Part shown: one piece after another, positions 51,264-63,611 of the stretch
Layout of the letters: each line of letters begins with the position of its first letter
Numbering within the stretch: the stretch's first letter is position 1
DNA from: Moniliella sp. 'wahieum'
Lineage: Eukaryota
Length of the DNA: 64,000 nucleotides
Reading direction: 5' to 3'
Assembly (NCBI GenBank): GCA_003971905.1
Contig: RSEE01000001.1
Span: 62,001 to 126,000, forward strand
Notes under the pieces: generated by a model
What the model was told of the DNA's origin: nothing
The model's database searches: none
Seen by the model: the letters and a program-made list of their open reading frames with translations, nothing else
Made by a program: the position numbers and the translations under genes

Positions 51264-52783
51264 GAGCCAGCAGAGGAGGCGGAGGCGGAGGCGGAGGCGG
51301 AGGCGGCGGCCAGACAGAAGAGAAGGAAGGCGGGTGGCCGCAGCCAGGCGCAGTATGTATGCAGCGCACGCGTGGCGCACAGTGCGCTGCCAGCCTGCGA
51401 CGGCTGCCCCGCCAGCACGCCGCACGCCTGCCCGCGCCTATCGCCTCGCGTGTGGCGACAGTGGCCGCGTGCCCACCCACGCCGCCTGCGCCTATCACCG
51501 CCGCCAGTGTCCCCGTGCGCCTCCCAGCGCCCCACTGGCGCCACGCCCGCCCACGCCTCTGCCCAGCGCGCCAGGGTGCGTGATACGCCGCAGTGGCTGG
51601 GCCGCCTCTGCTCTCGTCGGCCACGCCCATGGCAGCCAACCCACGCGCAGCGCCCCCGCCTCGTCTTTGCATCGCCCAGCCGTCGCTTGCGTCCGCGTAG
51701 CGCTTCCCAGCCCTCGCTTCTCCGCCCCCCAGCCCCTCCTTTCTGCCGGGGCCACCGCCCGATCCCAGCGGAGCCTCAGCGCGGTGCAGACCACCCCGCA
51801 ACCCCACGTCCTCCTCTCTCCGCTCCCGTCGGCGGATGCGTCCGTGCGCGGTCGCAACATCCAATCATCCATCTATCAGCTGGCTTGTGTGTCCTCGTAC
51901 CCTATCGTATAGCATACCATCCCACCCCCCCCCCCCCATACCCACAGATGCATGCAAGAGATATGGCCTCTTTCCTCCGTGGACCTTCTGCTCCACATCC
52001 CAGCGGCCATTGCCGCCTGCGCCCCTGTGTGGGTCAATGTACTCCATCGGTGTCGGTTGCGGTGTTTGGAATCCGGAACAGTGCTGAGTACGGGTTGTGG
52101 TTGGGCCTGGGGAGGCTTGTTTTCTGAATGGCCGCCATTCCAGCTCGGCCAATGGCTTCCCCGCATGGGCGCCCACCCCTGCTGGCGCCTTTCAAATCCC
52201 GTCCAATGGGGCAGGCGGCCCCCAGGCACATCATCGACATGCATCATCCATCGCCAGATCAGCAATCACATTCATCACATGTCACAGACCATACATATCA
52301 CCTCCGCCTGTCCCGTCTGTCACGCCAGTCACACGTCACACGCTATCAACGTACCCCATGGGTATCGCCGTCAACGCGTCAACGCCACACCCCCGTCGTC
52401 TGGCTCTTGGCCTCGTGCGTCATCGCGACTGAGAGGAATTACATCCATTACATACTCCCCCTGTTGCATGGTACATGGTACCCGTTAACCCCCCACATCG
52501 ATCTTTCCTCCACTTCATTCCGGACTGCCCCATGTGGGGTAAGCGCGCGTTTCGTCAGTACTCACACACACTAATTAAATACTCTCACCTCTACTCTGTA
52601 TTCACCGTACTCACGACTCAGTTGAGTACTCACAAGACTCAAGCTTCAAGCGTCACAGTGACATGTCACAGTTGATGATGTTTGCACTTAAGGATTGACG
52701 TAACTGTGGAGAAGATAACGCCCGATATGCCCCTACTCTCCCATACTAGTGTGAAAGAGTGACTAGTGGCGAGAAAGATAGGG

Positions 52784-52850
52784 ATTATCGATTATCGATT
52801 AACGATCGATTAACGATGATCGATTAACGATGATCGATTATCGATTAAAC
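52784..52850. repeat. ATCGAT-based array in an AT-rich island
   Basis: attatcgattatcgattaacgatcgattaacgatgatcgattaacgatgatcgattatcgattaa read directly. Confidence 0.9.
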
Positions 52851-53591
52851 ATCAATTCCAAAGAAAATTTTAAGATGTGGAGAAGTAAAACCCTAGTACA
52901 GGTGACCCAGTCTCACTAGTCACTTTCCCTTATTTGTTGGTCGCAGAATATGTCACAGGCTAGGACGCGCCTACAAGATGTCATGGGGGCAGACCCAGAC
53001 CGGATTATCGTTCCAATCAGTTATTGGGCTCTGCTATAGATTTAGATGGAATGTTGGGTATGATGGGTGTGGTGGATCGCTCTGTGGTGATACCCACGAT
53101 GCGTATAGACGAGCACTCAACTAACGTTCAACCAAGTCCATCATAAGGGCCGGGTACCACATATATGGAAACCCAGCGTATGGACACAGACCGAGCGGCC
53201 GGATCGACCAGAGTGACTGTTACGGGGTGCGCCGGTTATTTCCGGAAGCTGAGCCCCGCACGTCGTAGCCATCTCATCCAAACACGCGTCAGTCCCGTTA
53301 GACTAGCGAGAGAGAACTAGAAGGACCCTTATCGAAAGTACCCTTAAACTACAGGGGTGGGTCCCACCTCGGGACGCCCCCATGACAGTGACCGGCAGGT
53401 ATCACGCGTGCATATTTGTGGCGCAACGAAAGCAGCTGTGGCATCCCGACCATATCCTGGATTCACCGGCCACAACCGCGAGGCTCAACGCCTCATAACA
53501 GGCGAGACTACGGTTTCCCTTGGGGGTTGGGCAGTTGAGAAGTGCGCGAAGGCACGTGGGGGGGGGAGAAGCGGAACGAAAATGCCAAGCC

Positions 53592-55410
53592 TCAGAGAGG
53601 GGGCGTGGCATCGTGCTTGGCCTTCCCGCCATTCTGGCCATCCTGGTCATCCTGGTCATCCTGGTCATCATGGTCATCCTGGTCATCCTGGTCATCCTGG
53701 TCATCCTGGTCATCCTGGTCATCCTGGTCATCCTGGTCATCCTGGTCATCCTGGTCATCCTGGTCATTGGGTAACGGTAGGGAACCAGGCCGCTCCGTCG
53801 TAAGGTGAGTGTCCTCGCGTTCGTTGGCGGACCTAGTGAGTTCCTGGGCCTTGTTCCCGTCGCACCCAGCGACGTGACCGGGGAGACGATCGCGTCGGAT
53901 CCGCGCTGCTGCGCTCACCAGAGCGCGGCGCAGGTGGTCAAGGTGCGAGGGGGAGTTTAGGTCCTGGCGCATGCCCGGCGGGACGGACCAAGAGTGACCC
54001 ATCCGCGCGTCGCGCAAATGAGCAGTGCCGGACGAGGCGGTGAAAATTTCCCCCCGGGTGCACCGATAGAGGCGGGACCAGATCCCGAGGTCCGAAGGGA
54101 CCACCGTGCCCGGTTCCGAGCGGGACAGCACCGTCGCCAATACTTGGGTCCAGATCAACGCAGTGGAAGGAACGTCGTACCCGCCTCCTCCTAGGACGAG
54201 CACAGGTTTTCCACGCTGCACCAGGGTCTTGGTGCACCACTCGTAACTCTCGGAACCAAAGTTGAAGATTCCATGGGGGTCCGCCGCGTTCCCATCCGCA
54301 CCGAGTTGCAACACGTAGGCATCGGCGTCAAACGCCGTCAGGACCTGCTCCACCCCTTCCCAGACATGGCAGAGGGTAGGATTCGATGCGCCGAGGTCCA
54401 GCGGGACACGCAGCGCGTAAGGGCTGGTGCCGTCCTGGGTGGGGACAGCACCGACCACATACGGTGCCGGCGGGTAAAATCCCGGGGCAGCATGGTGGAT
54501 GCTCAAGGTCAATACGGACGGATTGGAGAGGAACGCTTCTTCCTAGCGAGCAGGGTCAGCACACTTGCTGCGCATCCGGCTGGGGGGAAGGCGGGAAGAA
54601 GGGAGGAATACGCACCACGCCATCACCCAGTGTAAGTCCATGTCGATATACGCGATGCGATCCAGCCTGCGCATGGGACGGCCGGCTGGGCGGTGCGAAC
54701 GGCCTGCGCAGCGCCTGGATCGCCAGCACCACGTCGTTCAGGTAACAGTACCCATCAGCGCGGCCTTGTGGGCATGGTGCCGACCTCCGTCAAAGGCAAG
54801 TGCCACGTCGGCTTAGCGGAACGCAGGATCTCGGCAGCCGCAACGCTCGCACCTGCAATAGCCAGCGCATGCGACGCCAGTGGTTCTGCTGGCCCCGCTG
54901 GGGAGCAAGGCGCAGCATCGGTTGTGGTACGCAGTGTCTTGCGCTTCTTCCGCGCTGGTGGAGCGGGAGGTGCACATAGGGAGCGCATGTAGTCTGCGTC
55001 GTGGTACAGACACGCGGCGGTGGGGGAGATTGGGGTGGGGAAGTATACCTTTGCCCGGTACGGTATGGCAGGGGAGGCGTGGCGCTCTTGCTGCGCCGCT
55101 TGCTCCTCACTTAGCTCCGCATCCCACACTCGTACTGACTGTCGCTGTCGTTACCATCTTCATCTTCGTACCGGTTGACCATTTCGCGGAGGAGGCGCGC
55201 ATCGTCGCCGGGGGGGCAAGCAAGCAGGTCGCGGTGCCAAGCAAGTGAGTGCACCAGTTCCGACCGGCCGAGGGAGGAGCGATCGCGGTGGACAGCCAAT
55301 TGGTCGCTCAGGCGGGCAAGCAGAGCGCTGGCCACATAGGCGACCCGTGGGGGGCTGCGGGGATGGAATGGATGGGGCGCTGGCTTGGCCGGGGCGCTGG
55401 GCGGACACAT
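53592..55410 (-). CDS. Class I histone deacetylase (Hos1/HDAC8-like)
   Basis: YHDADY, GGRHHAHK, GYCYLNDVVLAI, RIAYIDMDLH, TLSIHH, GFYP, LQLGADG..ADP, LGGGGY. Confidence 0.9.
53639..53764 (+). repeat. (CATCCTGGT)x14 nonamer repeat, one variant unit
   Basis: Read directly; reads as (DQD)n in the HDAC C-terminal ORF on the minus strand. Confidence 0.95.
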
Positions 55411-56440
55411 TGGGGAGTGGAAGGGAGAGAAGAGGCGTTGGGTCGTCGCGGGCACGGGACGCGTCGTGGATTCCCGCCCGCACCACCGCTTCCGTCGACG
55501 CGCCTGCCCTTAGGCGAAAGAAAGATTGCAATTTCAATCACCCTCTCCGCGCGTATCCCCATTCGCCTCCGCCCCTCTCGGCACCATCCTCCGCCTCCTG
55601 GATTGTCATCTCCTGTCTCCCAGATTGCGGGCGCGTTTGTCTGGCACTGGAATAAACTCGCTACGTGTTTGGTTTGATGAGCAAGGAGAGCGCGAGGCGA
55701 AAGTCTGCTTAAAGGCCTGTAAGGGGACGAATCGATTCTCCTTCTCGTGACTATAATAGTACCACCCGGGCGTACCCGCTGCGGGTGGCTTGTCGGTGTC
55801 CGATGGGACGCAGCAAGCGAACCCTGTTTCTGGACGGTTCCAGGCCCCCTCCTCCAGCTTGGCCAGGAACGAACAAGTTGGACCCGCCGCCCTGATCATC
55901 TCCTATCTCATCCCACTCCTCCGTTCGCTTGCGATCCGAATTTCGGTCCGATGGGATGGGATTATGGGATGGGATGAAATACTATACAGGGCGCGAAACA
56001 CTTCTCTGTGTTCTGTCCTCCTTGTCACGCAAACGAAATGGATCGAGATTAGCCACATTCATGGAGGGTAACAAAACGTAGGTATGCTAGCGGCGGAGTT
56101 CAACGTTGAGTAGTTAGTAGTAGCAGGGACATCAGTAGGGTATGGTCGCCAGTTAGGGTCGAGGAGAGTGGGAAGGACGTTTTGGTAAGAGGTACTGGAG
56201 TCGGTCCCAACAGGGTATCGGTACAGGAGCAGGGAGAACTCTTACAGGGGGCCAAGAAAAACGTCGGGCGAGAAAAAAAGTCTTCGACCATAATAAAGAA
56301 AAAGAAACGTGGCCATAAAGGTCAAGGAGACGGTCGGCCATAACATGACAACAGGGGGGAAAGGGGATTCAAAGACCCGTCGCTCGCCTCAGAAGCGAGG
56401 TGAGAAAAGCGAGCTCAATCCGAACGAGATGGGCTCACCT

Positions 56441-58539
56441 TCAGGAGGGCCAGAGGTTGTCGAGCGTGGGCGGAAGAATCAAATCGGCCACGCCAGTGTC
56501 GTCGGCGAGAGGCCCATTGCGAGCGGCGCGTCGAGCGCAGGCTTCATACCATCCCCTTGGCGGATCAGACAGTGACGAGCTCGTGTCCCCCGACTGGTTG
56601 GAGTGGCCAGTACTGTTGGCGGCAACAGCAATAATAGCGTCAGCGGTAGCGTCGGAGGTAGCGGAAACACTAGGCGAAGCGAAAGCAGACGTGGATGGCG
56701 ACGTGTCCACGAAAACAACATCTGTCACAGCAGGCACCGCACTTGCTTGGGCCGTGGCAGGTGCCGGTGTGGGTGCGTGGGTGGGCCGGCGGGTGGACGC
56801 GCGCGACCGGGAGGGCCGGGAGGTGCTGATCATCACAGGCGAGGAAGACGAAGGTGTACTTCCCTTGTTCGATCGTCCGCCTTGCCCTGCCGGGGGCACG
56901 TCCATCTGGGGGCGCCGGATCCGGGCACGCCCCTCGCCGTGCGCCACCACGAATGACGTGTCGAGGGTGGGGCTCGCGTCAGCGTCCGAATCCGCGTCAG
57001 CGTCCGAATCCGCGTCGCGTGTCGAAGATCTGGCGAGGCGGCGCAATAAGTTGCCCGCGCCCGGTTAGCCTGGAAACAAGAGAGGAAGATAGACGGTCAG
57101 AATGTCGTTTGCTTAGGAAGGGAAGTGAAGGGAAGGCTTCCGGCCAACGGTCAACATACACTTGGGAACCAAGTAAAGTGCATCCACCGCAGTAGCTCCC
57201 TTGGCCGTAGACCGCGTTGCACGTCTTTGGGCAGACCAGCCAGCACGTGACGGCCCAGGGTCAGGGCAAATTTCGGCAGACCGCTGCCATCGACCGTGCG
57301 TTCGGGACATGTGTGTGCGTGCCACTGGACGAGGCGGAGATGCCACTGTGGGTCTGGCGCAGCCCGGTCGTGGACTCGGGTCCCTGTTCCGGCACGATCA
57401 ACAGCAAAAAGGGACAGGCGGGGTCACACACGTGAAAGTTTGCTGCGGCGGGCACAACAGGAGTCGATGGATCTCGAAGCCCGGCTCCAATTTGTACGAA
57501 TTGGAGGACAGCTGGAGGGGCTGGAGACACCACAGTTTGCCGGGATGGTGGGTGTAGAGCGTCGAGGCAACGCAGGCCAAGGCCGCTCGTAGCTGTCAAA
57601 CCGCCGATCCGGGGACACGCAAAGTGTGGTGGGGGGGGCATAGGATCGGTGCCGCGCGTGGGCGCGGCGTTGGGAACCGGGATGCGGCTCGTCGCGGCGT
57701 CGGTGCGCCGTTTCTTGGCGGGTCTCTGCGCCGTTTGTTGGCGGCGTCTCTGCGCCGTTTGTTGGCGGCGTCTGCGCTGTTTCTTGACTTTTTGACCACT
57801 TCCGTCGCACTTGCACTTGCGGTCTGGCCACAGGAGCGACGGGGGCGCGGGAAGAGGAGGAGGAGAAGGTCAGCGGGCCGGGCGCGCATGGACATGTAAC
57901 AAATACGCACGTCCAGGTCAGAGGGTGCTGGCGGCGGAGGATCGAACCGGTCATGCGCTGCAACGCGTCATCATCGAGCCGTGACAGCGCGGCCAACACC
58001 TCCTCGCGCCAGCCCAGGGGCGTGCCACGGGCCTGGACGGGAACGCGGGGACAGGTGCGGGCGTGGTCGGTGTGGTTGCGGATGGTCCAGGAGGGCAGTG
58101 CGGGCGCGGATGCGAGCGGGGCGGTAGCGGGGACGTGCGGGAGGACGAGGATGAGGAAAGGGCAGTCGTAGGAGCGGCAGGTAAATGCGGTCTGGATGGG
58201 ACCGATGTCGGACGGAGCTTCTTCGTTGTTGGTACGGATGGTGGACCAGGAAGACGCGCGCGGGACGTGGAGGCATGACAACTTCAACTCCTCCATCCCG
58301 GCTAGATGCGCGGGCGACAAGCGGAGACCCGCAATCTTGTTGGCGACAAACTGCTGCTGCACCACCCGGGCCACCGCCATCTCCCGCGTCGGGTACACCG
58401 TCCCATCCGACGTCCACGCCAACTCTGTTTCCGTTGCGGTTTCCGTTGGCGTGGAAGTGGCCGTAGTGGCCGTTTCCGTCTCCCTCGCCCTCGCCTTCGC
58501 CTTCGCCCTCACCTTCGCCCTCGCTCTCGTCGTTGCCAT
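56441..58539 (-). CDS. Hypothetical protein with two WRKY/FAR1/MULE-like C-x4-C...H-x-H zinc fingers
   Basis: FTCRSYDCPFLILV...WTIRNHTDH and FTCVTP(A)CPFLLLIV...WHLRLVQWHAH; the second copy needs indel correction. Confidence 0.55.
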
Positions 58540-59304
58540 GGCCCTGGAGCAAACGAGAGGAGTGGACGCGATCCACCTGCAAAAAGTAGCCCCGACTGGG
58601 CTCACCCCCGTCAGCATGTGTGTATCACGTGATGCATACGCGGGGGCGCGTCACATGTCACACGTCCACTCAATGCTGACTAGTGACTAGTGACTAGGAC
58701 TCAGCGCCTCAGCACTGGTCCGTGCGCTAAGTACTGCACCTCGCCTCGCATGGAGCAACAGGGTTATACTGGCTACTCCACACAGGCGTATGCGATGGAC
58801 TTATCCACCTCCAGTGAGCTGCATGATGCGGAGGTTTTGAAGGGACTCGCCAGAGCGGTTTGCATCGCTCGTCTTCCCCGTTTGGACTTCATCAGACGAA
58901 CGCGGTGGTACAAATTTTCCATATTCTTCTCACGGGCAAGCCGGCGTACATCGAAGGCGCCGCCATGCAAAGATACGAATGGAAAGAGGAGGTCTGTTTT
59001 GAGGCCAAGCTCATGGTCGGGTCGAGGCTGTAGTAACGACAACCGGCTATCAGTAACGAGGCGGAGACAACAGCGTTTCCAAGTTACAAGCTCAATGTCG
59101 CCTATACCGTCCCGTACTACTAAGTGGCTATATTTTGTCATTTTTCATTTAAAACAACGAATCCTATCTTCTTCCTCTTCGCGAGGGCCATGAGCACGAG
59201 TGAGGAATGTTCAAGTGAACTAGGGAATATCGCAAGCTATACTGGTACGAAGACCCCCATTTGGTCCATTCGAGAGACGAACCAAAGGGATATAAAACTG
59301 AGTC

Positions 59305-62300
59305 TTAGGCATGGACGCGATCCCCGCTAGCCAACAGAAGGTTAGTAACCAGCAGCAGAGATACATTGGGAGAATTGAAACGCACCTGAATCGTCGAGTT
59401 GCCCGCCAAGTCGCGATCGACGCGGTTTGTACCATTCAAGCACCCCGCATTCTGCCAACCGAGTGAGGAACTGTTCGTCGTGAGTGATGATGATCAGCTG
59501 AGAGCGGCCGTTGGCGGCGCGTCGCTCCTTGATCAAGTCGGCAAGAGAACGGGCGAGGGCCTCAATGTTCTGATGATCCAGGTTGTTGGCTCGTCCAGCG
59601 CCAAAAGAGAACAGTCCATGCTAAAGAGTCTGCCAGCGCAAGACGAATGATGATGGAGGCCAACACTTTCTGCCCGGCCGAGCACGGCCTCGCATGTCCA
59701 TCTCAGCCCCATTCTTGACCATCGTGACCGGTAGTTGTATGTCCTCCTGGCCGCTGTTGAACTCTTGTCGGACGCCTCGGCCTTGATCATAATCTTCTCA
59801 ATATCGATGCCTTGGTACGTCTTGCCCCAAAGGTAGTTGATGTTTTCGTTGATCTCTGCCATTTTGACCGTGTGGTACTCGAGAATGCCCGTTTCGATGG
59901 ACCGTCGCAGCTTGTCCAAGTCTCGGTTCGCCCTCTCGTTGAGCTGAAACTCGGTTTGCTTGGCAACCAAATGCTTGTTTGCATCGCGGAAATCTTCTTG
60001 CATCTCCTCTTCAGAAGACTTGAGCTGTTGAGTCAGACTCGCGATCTCGCCGCGCAAGTGGGCTGCCTGCCCCGCCGTTCCCGCTCTTGGCGCCGGGACT
60101 CTGCATACTGCGTATTGAGTCGTTGCAGCGCCTCAATCTTGTCCAGCGGATCTAGATCGGCAATCTCCTGCTTCAACGAAGCAATTGTGGCAAGTGTCTT
60201 GCGATACCGCAGATTGTCGTGCAAGTTGCGTTCTGTCGCGCCAGCCTCAGTTCGCTGTCGGGTAACCTTGCTGGCCTCCTCCTCAACACGGGCAAGTTCA
60301 GTTTTCAGCATCTCGCGCTCCTCCTCCAAAGAAGCCAGTGCTGCCTCACATGTAGCGAGTTTGCGCTCGTTCCCCTGGGCTTGAATGGCATTGAGCTCCT
60401 CGTCGATGGATCCCAACTCCCTCTGCGCCGATTTGACCTCCTCCACCAGCTGAGAGTGAAGAGCCTCTACTTTCTCTCGTTGGGAGCGTGCGCCCCGCTG
60501 CCGTGCCTGAGCAGGTGTAATGGCGCTTTTGATCTGGGAGAGAGTGCTGGCCATTTCTTCCAACTGCGCTTCCGTCTGGGCAAGAGCCTTTCTTCCTTCC
60601 TCCACTTGCTCCTGGAGACCTTCCTTGCGCCGCCGTTCCTCCTCCTGCCGCATGGCGAGCATTTTGGCCGCGTTCAAACTGCGTTCAGCAATTGTCACTG
60701 CGCGCTCAGCCTCGTTCCGCTCAGTATCAATCTGGGAAAGGAGCTGCATAGCATCCCGATGGGCCTTGGTCGTGCTCTGGAGACACGTCTCCAGCTCCGC
60801 CGCCGTCTCGGGGGTCTGACCCAACTCCTCTAACTCCCGCTGGGTTTGGGCCGCTTCCTCCTTCAGAGCTTCGGCTTGTTCCTGGCGGGCACAGAATTCG
60901 TTGAGCGTACCCCGGAGGGAGAGGAGACTGTCGACAGTCTCCTGGGCATGCTGCACAGCCTCCTGGCTGTGTCGCGAAGAGATCATCACCTCCTCCCGTT
61001 TCTTCTCCGAACGTAGTACGGTCTCCCTCCCCTCTTGCAGCTCGTTACGCCAAGCTTGGACCATATCATGCTGCGCACGGAGCGATTCGACCTTGCGAAT
61101 ATCCTCCTTCAACCCTTCAAGATCGCTCTGTTCGAGCGCATAGCCTTTGGCCAAGCGGTCGTCCATAATCTTCTTCTGCTCAAGGATAAATGCGTGTACT
61201 TGGGGCAGATCATCATGTGAAACCCCGCGGCCGCAGGCTTTGCAGGGACGGTGGTGCTCAACTACCTCAACCCATCTGGCCGAAGAACTTGCTCATCTCC
61301 TGTGGCGACTGGGCAAGTTTCCTCTCCAATGCTTCTTGTTCGCCCAGGAGGGACTGATACGCCTGCTCGATAGAACCGTTAAATTCGCCTTCGTTCGCCT
61401 CCACTGACTTGATGTCGCCTCTTTGCGTTCCTCATACTCCGCCAACTTCGACTGCACCTCCTTGAGCGTACGCTGGGCGACGTTGATTTCCATCTGGCCG
61501 ACTGAAGCGCATCTTCCTCCTCCCGATCCTCTTTTGGGCTTGGCGAAGCTCTTCCTCAGCCGAATTGAGCGAATGGGCGAGGCGCTGAGGGGCATCCGCA
61601 CTTTCCATCCCTTCGCCCCCACGAGTTTGTCCCACCGGGGCGCAGTGACCTGGCCAGGTCCGAGGCCTGATTGATCTTGTCCTGACGCTCCTTGACCTTG
61701 AGCTCCCACTTGGCTCGCACCGTGGCCGAGACGTTAAATGCTCGGAGACGAGCGTTGAGCCCCTCAACCTCTTTCTGGAGCTTATCCACCCGCTCCCGCT
61801 GTTCGCCACGACGTTGATCAAATGCGCCCTCGGCCAATGCACGTTGGGCGTGAACTAGTTTGGCTTCCTCCCCTGCCACTTCGGCCTGGACCCTGTGCCC
61901 CGATGTTTCGGACAAGACGATCTGTGGACCTTGGACTCGAGGTCGGCAAGTTTGGTCTGCTGAGCCTGACGGCTGCGGAGCAAGGCTGCTTTGGCGCCGT
62001 CCTGTTCACGCGACTGACCCAGGAGCTTGCTCAGCTCCTCCTCGGCGAGGGAGAGTGCATGTCGCGCCTCGGTCACAGCTTCTGTTTGTGCCTCGCTCCG
62101 CCGCGCGAGCTCCGAAGAGAGGTGAGTGTCAAACTGGGCGCTATCGGCTTGGGACAGAGCACGGGAGGCATCGTACCCTCGGATTCCCAATGCTCGACTG
62201 AGTGTGTGCACCTTGTCTGTCCTCTTGGCCATGAGTTCATGATAGGTACGTATCCGAGCCTCTAGACCCCCCTTTTCAGAAAATTTCTTTTGGCGCTCTT

Positions 62301-63311
62301 GGTCCAGCTCGTCTATCCTGCCTCGGACACGGGCCAGGGATCGGCTCTTGCTCTTGCTCTCCTCATCCAAGCGCGCAAGGTACTGGTGAAACCCATCGAG
62401 GCGTTCGCGCAATTCCTCGTCTGAACCCTCGATCGTCTCCATGCCAATCGCAAGCGACTCAAGTTCTTGTTGGCGCAAGGCTTCTCGTTCCTCTAGCAAC
62501 TTGAGTTCGTTGACCGCTTTTTGTGCCTCAGCCGCCTTGTCGGCCGTTTGTTGATTCTCTTTCCCTCGTCGAGCAAGTTCATCTCCAAGGCAGCCGACGC
62601 CGCCTCCTTCTCATCCAACGCGGCCGTCAGCACAGCGATCTTGCGCTCGAGTTTCCCCTGCATCTCTCTGTCGCGCTTGAGGCCCTCAAGCTCTTTGGCA
62701 TCGATCTTGGCCTGGACTTGGCGTTCCTTGTAAAGAGACGTGACGCTGGTTAGGGCCTTGGTCCACTTGGTTGCTTCAAAAATCTCATCAAACTTGATTT
62801 TGAGTTTGGACGACTCGGACATGGGCCAGTTGCTGTCCTCCTGGTGGCAAAAAATGACGTTTTCCAGAATCGCCTTGCTCACGCCCATCTCTCGCGGCAC
62901 AAGGTCATCCACATCGTTGCACCGTACACTGATCGCTGGGTTTTTACCATGGGCATCCGGTTCTCTGGGTCGTCCTTGTAAAGTGTGTTTTCCAAGGTCT
63001 TCATGGACAGTCCGCCGCCGGCCTTGGTGGAGACCATGAGCTTGCGCTGGACCATAAAGCGTTCGCCGCGGTTGTTTCGGAAGATGAGGCTGACATGGGC
63101 ATGCACTTGGGGTGAGCCAGCCATATGGGGGTCGTAGACAAAGGCGCCACCCTTAGTGTTGGGGGGCAAGACGCCTGTGGTGGCGTACTTGAGGCATTCG
63201 ATGATGGTCGTTTTGCCGCTTCCGTTCTGCCCTACAATGACGGTGAGCGGCGAGTAAAAGGAGCAGCTCTGCTCGTCGCGGTCGCTGAAGGCACGTATGC
63301 GTGATGGCCAT
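59305..63311 (-). CDS. RAD50: DNA double-strand break repair ATPase Rad50
   Basis: PLTVIVGQNGSGKTTIIECLKYATTG, ILENVIFCHQEDSNWP, Zn hook PCKACGR (about 61228-61248), SAGQKV signature, LDEPTT, QLIIITHDEQF; true start may be slightly upstream. Confidence 0.97.
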
Positions 63312-63611
63312 GCGGTAGATGGCCAGATGGACTGCGGTAGGGTGTGGAGGGATGCGACGAGAGGGGCGGGTGTGGTGTGGTAACGGGCAACTAATGGTCA
63401 CTGCTAATTAGAGGGGAGGACGGAGTCCCAGAGCACCGCTTGCAGCGGAATGGGCGGGCGGAAGACGGCTGATGTAGAAATGTGTGAGACGTGAACTGAC
63501 GGGTGACGCGGCGCGTCGTCTTTCTGGGGTAAACGGTTAAGGCTGATGAGCGATGAAGCTTCAAGTGCCCAATGGCCGTCCTCTGTTTGCCACGTCTCCA
63601 CCCCCATCGAG

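Noticed and set aside
56441..58539. Active Mutator transposon
   Set aside because: Only Zn-finger-like units are visible; no DDE domain, terminal inverted repeats or target duplication found by eye.
9195..60833. Many long antisense or overlapping ORFs in the track (e.g. 11641-12657, 12464-13510, 35975-36979, 44125-45330, 50865-52127)
   Set aside because: They are shadows of GC-rich real genes with no recognisable motifs.
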